NCBI GenBank assembly: GCA_041687695.1
Contig: JAWLBL010000034.1
Span: forward strand, 60,480-81,538
DNA from: Myxococcota bacterium
GTDB lineage: Bacteria; Myxococcota_A; UBA9042; PHBI01; JAWLBL01
DNA: 21,059 nt
Direction: 5' to 3'
In this document: one piece after another, positions 1-9,776 of the stretch
Layout of the letters: each line of letters begins with the position of its first letter
Position numbering within the stretch: the stretch's first letter is position 1
The notes under the pieces: model-generated
The model's database searches: none
Told to the model about the DNA's origin: nothing
What the model saw: the letters and a program-made list of their open reading frames with translations, nothing else
Made by a program: the position numbers and the translations under genes

Positions 1-7
1 AGGAGGG

Positions 8-115
8 GCTGCGCCGGGCTTGGCGGCCCGATCCCGGCGGCAAGCCGCCGGGGCCGGGGCTCCAGCAAGCTGGAGCACTCCAAGGCCGCCTCCGCCGGCA
101 TCCACACGACGCATC
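8..115. mobile_element. Partial/degenerate copy A of the MITE-like element (right part only)
   Basis: 8-102 matches 241-335 with 6 mismatches in 95 nt. It ends in a degenerate right TIR (ACACGACGCATC) followed by TTCCA-GCCGGC (116-126), the same type of right flank as copy B. Left part is diverged or outside the window. Confidence 0.6.
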
Positions 116-434
116 TTCCAGCCGGCCCGGCTCGGCATCGGTTTCAGCATCACCGGCCTGGGACCGCCGGCTTCCAGAGGGTGTCGCAAAAGCCCAACCG
201 GAGTGCTCCACCTTGGTGGAGCCCCCATCCGGCGCAGCTTGCTGCGCCGGGTTTGGCGGCCAGATCCCGGCGGCAAGCCGCCGGGGCCGGGGCTCCGGCA
301 AGCCGGAGCACTCCATGGCCGCCTCAGCCGGCATCATTACGACACCCTCTTCCATCCGGCCGGAGCCGGCGTCGTTCTCGGCTTCGACCGCCTCTGGACC
401 GCCGGCTTCCAGCCGGCCGGAACCGGCATCGCCC
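116..434 (+). repeat. Tandem array of ~56-57-bp REP-like units (core GGACC-GCCGGC-TTCCA-GCCGGC), interrupted by the MITE
   Basis: Intact core at 396-417. Core split by the insertion at 161-176/350-360. Right half-core at 116-126. Tails 127-160, 361-395 and 418-434 resemble each other. Confidence 0.7.
177..349. mobile_element. 173-bp non-autonomous MITE-like element (copy B)
   Basis: Terminal inverted repeats GAGGGTGTCGCAA (177-189) and TTACGACACCCTC (337-349), 12/13 match. Flanked by direct TTCCA (172-176 and 350-354). Four internal hairpins at 205-222, 229-250, 266-285 and 292-309. No credible coding capacity. Confidence 0.75.
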
Positions 435-467
435 CCAACGCCCGGCCGCCCAGCGCCGGCACCGAGC

Positions 468-1538
468 TCAGGCCGGCAGCACGCCGCGTCCGCGCAGGAA
501 GGCGACCAGGGTGTCGAAGGCGGCCGCGCGCCCGTGCTGGACGAGGTGCGAGCCCGGAAAGACGGCCAGGTGCGCCCCGCCGAAGTGGGCGGCGAGGCGC
601 TCGGAGTAGCGCAGCGGGGTGACGCGGTCGCGCTGCCCGGCGATGACCAGGACGCGGTCGCTGGCGATGGCCGGGGGCCGCGCCTCGGGGCTGGTCGGGG
701 CGAAGGCGTCGATGAAGGCGTCGCGAGCCAGCCCGGCCTCGGCGGCGCGCGCCAGGGCCTCGGTGCCGAAGGCGTGATCCCACATCAGCTCGGCCACCGA
801 CGGGAAGGCGATCATCGGCACGGCGAAGTCCAGCGTGGGCTCGACCGTGGCGAGCAGGGCCGACGTGAAGCCGCCCAGGCTCATGCCGGCGACGCCGACG
901 GACGGGGCGCCGCGATCGCGCAGGGCGCGGACCAGGGCGCGCAGATCGCTGGTCGCCTGGGCGAAGCCCTCGTTGGCGCGGATGGGGTTGGTCGACGGGA
1001 ACATGGGCGTCCAGCGCCCCCGGGGCAGGCGGCGCGCGTGGAACGGCAGGTTGACCAGGACCACGTCCAGCCCCTGTCGATACAGCCACCGGGCGCGCAT
1101 CGCGACCTCTTCGATGGCATAGTGACCCGCGCCCCACCCGTGCAGGGCGATGAGGGTCGGGGCGGGGCGCCAGTGGCGGAACCAACGACCGTGACAGATC
1201 GCGTTCTCGGGGCAGCGGCCGAGGAGGGTTGCGTGGCTGGGTTCGAGCGAGCGCCAGACGCTGGGCCAGGTCAGGTCGACGACCTCGCCCTCGGGCAGGT
1301 CACGCACGGGGCGCTGGGTCAGGACCGCGGCCGGGGGCGCGGGGAACAGGCGGCCATCGCGCGCGGCCTCGGGGTACAGCCGGCGGGCGGCCTCGATGCG
1401 GCTCGCGAGCGAGGCGCGGGCGGCGCGGCGGCCGGCGGTGGGGCTGCGGAACGTGGCGCGGACGAACAGCGCGTCGAGGCCCTCGCCGAAGGCGGCGGTG
1501 GCGGCGCTGAGCGGGAGCATGGGGTCGAAGGTCGGCAT
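468..1538 (-). CDS. Alpha/beta-fold hydrolase (serine esterase/lipase-like; resembles ABHD18/DUF2048-type proteins)
   Basis: 356 aa. Oxyanion region ALHGWG, nucleophile elbow GMSLGG, candidate Asp in AGQRDRVTP, candidate His in FPGSHL. Confidence 0.85.
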   Translation of the reverse strand: MPTFDPMLPLSAATAAFGEGLDALFVRATFRSPTAGRRAARASLASRIEAARRLYPEAARDGRLFPAPPAAVLTQRPVRDLPEGEVVDLTWPSVWRSLEPSHATLLGRCPENAICHGRWFRHWRPAPTLIALHGWGAGHYAIEEVAMRARWLYRQGLDVVLVNLPFHARRLPRGRWTPMFPSTNPIRANEGFAQATSDLRALVRALRDRGAPSVGVAGMSLGGFTSALLATVEPTLDFAVPMIAFPSVAELMWDHAFGTEALARAAEAGLARDAFIDAFAPTSPEARPPAIASDRVLVIAGQRDRVTPLRYSERLAAHFGGAHLAVFPGSHLVQHGRAAAFDTLVAFLRGRGVLPA

Positions 1539-1544
1539 GGCGCG

Positions 1545-1573
1545 ATGGTAACCCGGGTCGGCTGGGTGCGGAA
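1545..1573 (-). promoter_or_regulatory. Putative sigma70-type promoter of the hydrolase, positioned for a leaderless mRNA
   Basis: On - strand: TTCCGC (1573-1568), 17 nt, TACCAT (1550-1545), 6 nt, ATG at 1538. No Shine-Dalgarno is present. Confidence 0.45.
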
Positions 1574-1606
1574 ACGCACTGTAGTTCCTCGGCGAGGTGT
1601 CCAGGT

Positions 1607-1622
1607 TCGGGTTGAAACCCGA
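1607..1622. promoter_or_regulatory. Palindromic operator-like site in the divergent intergenic region
   Basis: TCGGGTT-GA-AACCCGA perfect 7-bp inverted repeat. The half-site AACCCG recurs at 1550-1555. Confidence 0.35.
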
Positions 1623-1771
1623 CCCGCAGCATCGGCGTTGCCCGGCCGCCGGGGCCTCGGCATCATGCGAGGCATGGCGACGCGGGACGTCATGGGCAGC
1701 CGGTGGCGCAGCGCTCGGGAGCGCGCGTCGTGCGGGGCGAGCGTGGGCTCACGGGCCGCTGGAGGACCACC

Positions 1772-4000
1772 ATGAGCGCGACGGACGACGCCACGCGGAC
1801 GCGAAGCCAGGCCGCTGCGCAGGTCACAGGGCCTGCGCCCGGCGCCGAGCTGGACCCGGCCATCGCGGCCACCCTCGAAGAGCTGCGCTCGCGCCTGGCC
1901 GCGCTCGAGGCGCAGGCCGAGCTGGCGACCTGGCGCTCCGAGCTGGCAGCCGCCGCCCTGGAGAACGTCGGTGACGTCATCGAGATCACCGACGCCGACG
2001 GGCTCCTCCAGTATGTGAACCCGGCCTTCGAGCGGCTGACCGGCTACGCGTGGGAGGAGGCGATCGGGCGGACGCCGGCCTCCCTGCTGAGGAGCGACCA
2101 ACACGACGAGGCGTTCTTCGACGCGCTGTGGGCCCAGCTGGCGGCCGGGCGGATGTGGCGCGGCCGGCTGGTGAGCCGCGCGAAGACGGGCGAGCTGCTG
2201 CACTTCGAGTCGACCGTGTCGCCCATCCTCGACGAGGACGGGCGCGTGCTGCACATGGTCGCGATCAAGCGCGACATCGGCGAGCTGATGCGCGCCGAGG
2301 CGGCGCTGCGCGAGAGCGAGGAGCGCTTCCGGCGGTTGGCCGAGGCGAGCTTCGAGGGGGTGGCCATCCACGAGCGCGGGCGGATGGTCGACGTCAACTC
2401 GCGCCTGCTGGCGATGTTCGGCTACGAGGCGGACGACGTCGCGCTGGTGGTCGGGCGGCGCGGCATGGATCTGGTGGCGCCCGAGCACCACGAGCGGGTG
2501 CGCGAGCACGAGCGGCGCGACGGCGTGGGGCCGGTCGAGGTCGACGGGCTGCGGCGGGACGGGTCGCGGTTCCCCATCGAGATCTGCACGCGGGACGTGG
2601 CCATCGACGGGCGCCGGCTGCGGGTGACGGCGGTGCGCGACGTGTCGGACCGGCGGCGGACCGAGGCCGAGCTGAAGGAGGCCGAGGCCAAGCTGCGGCA
2701 CGAGGCGGCGCACCACGCGCTGACCGGGCTGCCCAACCGCGGGCGCTTTCTCGAGCAGGTGCGGGCCGCCATCGCGCGGCAGCAGACCAGCGGGCAGCTC
2801 GTCGCGGTGCTGCTGCTGGATCTCGACCGGTTCAAGATCGTCAACGAGAGCCTGGGGCACGCGGTCGGCGACAAGCTGCTGGTCGACATCACGCGGCGCA
2901 TCGTGGGGGCGCTGGGGCCGCGCGACATGGCGGCGCACCTCGGCGGCGACGAGTTCGCCGTCGTGGTCGAGCCGGTCGAGGACGCGTCCGACGCGCAGGC
3001 CATCGCCGAGCGCCTGCAGGGCGACCTGGCCGTCCCGTTCACCGTCGGCGCGCACGAGGTCTTCACCAGCGCCAGCATCGGCATCGCGCTGACGGGCGCG
3101 GGCCACGACACGGCCGAGACGCTCCTGCGCGACGCCGAGGCCGCCATGTACCGGGCCAAGGCCATGGGCAAGGCGCGCCACGTCGTGTTCGACACGACGA
3201 TGCACCTGCGGGCCGTCGAGCTGCTGCAGCTCGAGTCCGATCTGCGGCGCGCGCTCGAGCGCGGCGAGTTCCGCCTGCACTACCAACCCATCGTGGCGCT
3301 CGACGAGGGGAACATCGTCGGCTTCGAGGCGCTGCTGCGCTGGGAGCACCCCGAGCGCGGCCTGATGGCCCCCGGCGCCTTCATCCCGGTCGCCGAGGAG
3401 ACCGGCCTGATGGTCCCCATCGGGCAGTGGGTCATGCGCGAGGCCTGCCGCCAGGTCCGCGAGTGGCAGGAGACGTTCCCCTCCGACCCCCCGCTGATGA
3501 TCAGCGTCAACCTGTCCGGGCGGCAGTTCGCCCAGCAAGACCTCGTCCAACAGATCACGGCGACCCTCGGCGAGACGCGGCTCGAGGCGCGGCACCTCAA
3601 GCTCGAGATGACCGAGAGCATCATCATGGACAACGCCGAGTTCGCGACCGCGCTGCTCAGCGAGCTGCGGTCCCTCGATCTCCAGCTGTTCATGGACGAC
3701 TTCGGCACCGGCTACTCGTCGCTCAGCTACCTGCACCGCTTCCCGACCGACTCGCTCAAGATCGACCGCTCCTTCGTCAGCACCCTGGGGACCCCCGGCC
3801 GCCGCAGCGAGATCGTGCGCACCATCGTGCACCTCGCCCGCAACCTCGGCATGTCCGTCGTCGCCGAAGGCGTCGAGACGGCCGCCCAGCTCGACGACCT
3901 GCGCCTCATGGGCTGCGACTACGGCCAGGGCTACTTCTTCTCGCGCCCCATCCCCAGCGCCCAGGCCGCCGATCTCCTGGGCGAACGCCCGCGCTGGTAG
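1772..4000 (+). CDS. PAS-PAS-GGDEF-EAL c-di-GMP phosphodiesterase / diguanylate cyclase
   Basis: SD GGAGG at 1761-1765 before ATG 1772 (742 aa). PAS motifs YVNPAFERLTGY..EEAIGR and DVNSRLLAMFGY. GGDEF domain LTGLPNR, LLDLDRFKIVNESLGH, HLGGDEF. EAL domain FEALLRW, DDFGTGYSSLSYL, LKIDRSFV, VVAEGVET. Confidence 0.95.
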   Translation: MSATDDATRTRSQAAAQVTGPAPGAELDPAIAATLEELRSRLAALEAQAELATWRSELAAAALENVGDVIEITDADGLLQYVNPAFERLTGYAWEEAIGRTPASLLRSDQHDEAFFDALWAQLAAGRMWRGRLVSRAKTGELLHFESTVSPILDEDGRVLHMVAIKRDIGELMRAEAALRESEERFRRLAEASFEGVAIHERGRMVDVNSRLLAMFGYEADDVALVVGRRGMDLVAPEHHERVREHERRDGVGPVEVDGLRRDGSRFPIEICTRDVAIDGRRLRVTAVRDVSDRRRTEAELKEAEAKLRHEAAHHALTGLPNRGRFLEQVRAAIARQQTSGQLVAVLLLDLDRFKIVNESLGHAVGDKLLVDITRRIVGALGPRDMAAHLGGDEFAVVVEPVEDASDAQAIAERLQGDLAVPFTVGAHEVFTSASIGIALTGAGHDTAETLLRDAEAAMYRAKAMGKARHVVFDTTMHLRAVELLQLESDLRRALERGEFRLHYQPIVALDEGNIVGFEALLRWEHPERGLMAPGAFIPVAEETGLMVPIGQWVMREACRQVREWQETFPSDPPLMISVNLSGRQFAQQDLVQQITATLGETRLEARHLKLEMTESIIMDNAEFATALLSELRSLDLQLFMDDFGTGYSSLSYLHRFPTDSLKIDRSFVSTLGTPGRRSEIVRTIVHLARNLGMSVVAEGVETAAQLDDLRLMGCDYGQGYFFSRPIPSAQAADLLGERPRW

Positions 4001-4087
4001 CCCCGCGCTAGCGCCTGCGCTGTTAGCCCCGCGCCAACGCCGCCGGCATCGCCTATACTCGCGCGACCCGCCGCCGCCGAGGGGCCG

Positions 4088-5767
4088 ATGCACCAGCACG
4101 TCATCATCGAGGACTTCGTCCCCTACGACCGCAGCGTGCACTGGCGCCTGCACGACGCCTACTTCGCGCAGCGCGGCATCGACGCGTGGCGCGAAGGCGA
4201 GGTCCCGTACCAGTCGACCACCAACTACGCCGTCGCCACCATGCAGGCCAACCTGCTCGTGGCCCTCGCCCGCGACCTCGAGCGCGCCGGCGCCCTGGCC
4301 TCCGACGACGAGGTCTGGGTGCTCGAGGTCGGCGCCGGCCTCGGCCAGTTCGCCGCCAACTTCATGCGCGCCCTCGACGCCTCCTGCGGCCCCGAGGGCC
4401 GCGCCCTGGCCCCCCGCGTGCGCTACGTCGCGTCCGACTACTCACCACGCTCGCTCACCGAAGCCCTCGAGACCCCCGAGCTGGCCCCCTGGGTCGCCAG
4501 CGGCCGCCTCATGGGCGCCCACTACGACCTGCGCGACCCCACGACCATGCGCCTGTACGGCGGCGCCGCCCTGCCCCACCCCCCGCTCCTGGTCATCGCC
4601 AGCTACATCGCCGACTCCATCGCCTGCAAGCAGCTCCAGCGCCGCGGCGCCCACTGGTTCGAGTCCCACGTCCAGGTCCGCGCCCCCCTCCACGACGGCG
4701 AGCCCCCCACCGCCGACGCCGTCCTCGAGCGCCTCCTGGCCGACGCCCGCCAGCGCGACCTCGCCCGCGAGCTCGAGCTCCACTACGAGTGGCACCCCGT
4801 CGACCTCGACGCCGCCCTCGGCGCGCCCCACGCCGACCTCGTCCGCCACGCGACGAGCGGCCTCGACCAGGTCACCCTCCACTACCCCATCGCCTTCTTC
4901 TCCTTCGCCCTGGCGATGGCGCAGCTGCTCCGCCCCGGCGGCGGCCTCCTCGTGAGCGACTACGGCACCGTCACGCGCGACCAGCTCGCCCTGCTCCGCG
5001 AGCGCCGCCCGGCGGTCTACGGCAACTCCTGGACCCACGAGGTCGACTTCGCCCTCTTCGACGCCCTCGGCGCCCTCCCCGGCTGGCAGACCCTGCGCAC
5101 CCGCGACCCGCTCCTGTCCGTCCACACCGCCCTCGTCCGCCCCTCCGCCCCGCCCGGCGGCGCCCTCGCCCGCGACTTCGCCCGCCTCTACCTGCACGGC
5201 CACGCCGGCGAGGACATGCTCGACTTCGCCGCCGCCGCCCGCCAGGCCACCCAGGCCCAGGACCACGCCCGCGCCGCCCGGCTGTGGCGCCGCTGCCTGG
5301 CCCTCGACCCCGCCAGCGCCGAGCTCCACTACCGCCTGGGCGAGGCCTGCATCGACGCCGGCCACTACGCCCGCGCCATCGACACCCTCGAGGCCGGCCG
5401 CGCCCTCGACCCGACGCACCGCTTCGACTTCGAGTTCCACCTCGCCCGCGCCCACTGCCTGCGCGGCGACGCCGCCGAGGCCGAGCGCTGGTACCGCGCC
5501 GCCCTCGCCCTCGAGGAGGACCCGGTCACCTGGACCAACCTCGGCGTCCTCCTCGAGTCCGCGCGCCGCTTCGACGAGGCCTATCGCGCCTTCAAGCGCG
5601 CCCTGGTCCTCGATCCCGACGCCACCCGCACCCAGGAGCGCCTCGCCCTGCTCAAGGACCGCTGGTGGCAGCAGCAGGTCGCGTCCCTCGCGCCCGCCGA
5701 GCGACCCGTCACCCCCGACGCCACGCGTCCCCCGCCCCCGTCGCGGCTGGTCGAGCCCACCTCCTGA
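4088..5767 (+). CDS. Class I SAM-dependent methyltransferase (MidA/NDUFAF7-like) fused to C-terminal TPR repeats
   Basis: 559 aa. SAM motif I VLEVGAGLGQFA, post-I YVASDYS, IASYIADSI, LLVSDYG. TPR-like segments LALDPASAELHYRLGEAC, WTNLGVLLE..AFKRALVLDPD. TATACT -10-like hexamer at 4054-4059 and GAGG upstream. Confidence 0.8.
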   Translation: MHQHVIIEDFVPYDRSVHWRLHDAYFAQRGIDAWREGEVPYQSTTNYAVATMQANLLVALARDLERAGALASDDEVWVLEVGAGLGQFAANFMRALDASCGPEGRALAPRVRYVASDYSPRSLTEALETPELAPWVASGRLMGAHYDLRDPTTMRLYGGAALPHPPLLVIASYIADSIACKQLQRRGAHWFESHVQVRAPLHDGEPPTADAVLERLLADARQRDLARELELHYEWHPVDLDAALGAPHADLVRHATSGLDQVTLHYPIAFFSFALAMAQLLRPGGGLLVSDYGTVTRDQLALLRERRPAVYGNSWTHEVDFALFDALGALPGWQTLRTRDPLLSVHTALVRPSAPPGGALARDFARLYLHGHAGEDMLDFAAAARQATQAQDHARAARLWRRCLALDPASAELHYRLGEACIDAGHYARAIDTLEAGRALDPTHRFDFEFHLARAHCLRGDAAEAERWYRAALALEEDPVTWTNLGVLLESARRFDEAYRAFKRALVLDPDATRTQERLALLKDRWWQQQVASLAPAERPVTPDATRPPPPSRLVEPTS

Positions 5768-5887
5768 CGCCCCCGCGCCCCCGCGCCGGCGGCCCACAGG
5801 GCGCGGAGCCGGGAAGCCCATCGCGCGCGCCCTGGTTGGAATCGATACAGGGCAACCCATCGGAACCACACGGGACCAGGAGCACGC

Positions 5888-6367
5888 ATGGCGATCTTCC
5901 ACGGCCACGAGCACGGCCCGGTCCACCTCCTCGAGACCCTCGTCGCGCTCGAGCACGACGCCGTCGAAGGGTATCGGTCGGCCATCGCGCGGGTCGACGA
6001 CGCGCGCGACCGCGAGGCGTTGACCGAGTTCATGGGCGAACACGAGCGCATGGCCCGCCGCCTGCGCGACCTCATCGCCGAGCTGGGCGGCGACCCCGGG
6101 CGCGAGGTCGAGACGTCGGTCCACAAGGGACGCCTCGCGCGCGCCCGCGTCGCCATCGGCGACTTCACGCAGGGCGAGGCGGGCATCCTGAAGAACGTCA
6201 AGGCCAACGAGGACGTGACCGCCAAGGCCTTCGAGCGCGCCTACGAGCGCGACGGCCTGCCCGAGCCGGTGCTGCGCCTCGTCCGCGAGGGAGAAGAGAT
6301 GGTCCACGGCCACCGGCGGTGGATGGAGATGCGGCTCGACGAGCTGGAGGGGCCGCACCTCGAGTGA
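5888..6367 (+). CDS. Ferritin-like four-helix-bundle protein (DUF2383 / PA2169-like)
   Basis: 159 aa, SD AGGAG at 5878-5882. LVALEHDAVEGYRSAI..FMGEHERMARRLRDLIAELGGDP..NEDVTAKAFERA..EEMVHGHRRWM fits the ferritin-like helix pattern. Confidence 0.8.
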   Translation: MAIFHGHEHGPVHLLETLVALEHDAVEGYRSAIARVDDARDREALTEFMGEHERMARRLRDLIAELGGDPGREVETSVHKGRLARARVAIGDFTQGEAGILKNVKANEDVTAKAFERAYERDGLPEPVLRLVREGEEMVHGHRRWMEMRLDELEGPHLE

Positions 6368-6378
6368 CCCCGACAGCC

Positions 6379-6637
6379 GGGGCCGTGGCGGTGGGCCGTG
6401 GCTGTGGCCGTGGGCCGTGGCCGTGGCGGTGGGCCGATGCCGTGGCCGTGGCCGTGACCGTGGGCCGTGGCTGTGGGCCGTGGGCCGTGGGCCGTGACCG
6501 TGGGCTGTGGGCCGTGGCCGTGGGCCGTGGGCCGTGGCTGTGGGCCGTGGGCCGTGGCTGTGGGCCGTGGCTGTGGGCCGTGGGCCGTGGCCGTGGGCCG
6601 TGGGCCGTGGCTGTGGGCCTGGCGGTGGGGCGTGGCC
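6379..6637. repeat. Simple-sequence repeat of mixed 6/7-nt units (G)GGCYGT
   Basis: About 260 bp of GGCCGTG/GGCTGTG/GGCCGT units (roughly 35-40, estimated by eye). The + strand is almost A-free. Intergenic. Confidence 0.95.
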
Positions 6638-6649
6638 GACGCCGCGACC

Positions 6650-6698
6650 GGACTGCACGAGCTCGCTCGTGCTCCGGCTTCGCGCAGCTCGCTGCGCG
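6650..6698 (+). repeat. GGACT-tagged double-hairpin REP-like element
   Basis: GGACT + GCACGAGC-TC-GCTCGTGC (6655-6672) + 8 nt + CGCGCAGC-TC-GCTGCGCG (6681-6698). Confidence 0.65.
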
Positions 6699-6756
6699 CC
6701 AGGGCCGGCGCTGAGGTGAGGCCCAGAGGGCCCCGGACGTTCGCCCCCCAGGCGCG

Positions 6757-6786
6757 TTGGCACCCATGACGCGCTGGTGTCATACT
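6757..6786 (+). promoter_or_regulatory. Putative promoter of the MopE-repeat lipoprotein with overlapping inverted repeat
   Basis: TTGGCA (6757-6762), 18 nt, CATACT (6781-6786) with TG at the extended -10 position. ATGAC-N8-GTCAT at 6766-6783. SD GGAGG at 6803-6807. Confidence 0.45.
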
Positions 6787-6811
6787 CCGGGCCTCGTCGT
6801 TCGGAGGCCCC

Positions 6812-9697
<2,886 letters not shown>

Positions 9698-9721
9698 CCG
9701 CGGCCCGTCCCCTCGCGCCGC

Positions 9722-9760
9722 GCCGCCGCGTGGGCCGATCCCTGGCTCCCACGCGGCGGC
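9722..9760. terminator. Strong hairpin between convergent genes (putative bidirectional terminator/stabiliser)
   Basis: GCCGCCGCGTGGG (9722-9734) and CCCACGCGGCGGC (9748-9760) form a perfect 13-bp stem. No U-tract. Confidence 0.55.
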
Positions 9761-9776
9761 CGGATCGCCTCCTCCG

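Noticed and set aside
20..622. ORFs across the left repeat region as a transposase or peptide
   Set aside because: Low-complexity translations of palindromes; no DDE or HUH motifs.
1560..1700. c-di-GMP riboswitch upstream of the GGDEF-EAL gene
   Set aside because: Only one short hairpin; the GEMM two-stem/tetraloop-receptor pattern is not recognisable. An Rfam cmscan would be decisive.
5812..5837. ECF general-stress promoter (GGAAG-N17-GGTT) before the DUF2383 gene
   Set aside because: Both boxes mismatch GGAAC/CGTT; too weak to support from sequence alone.
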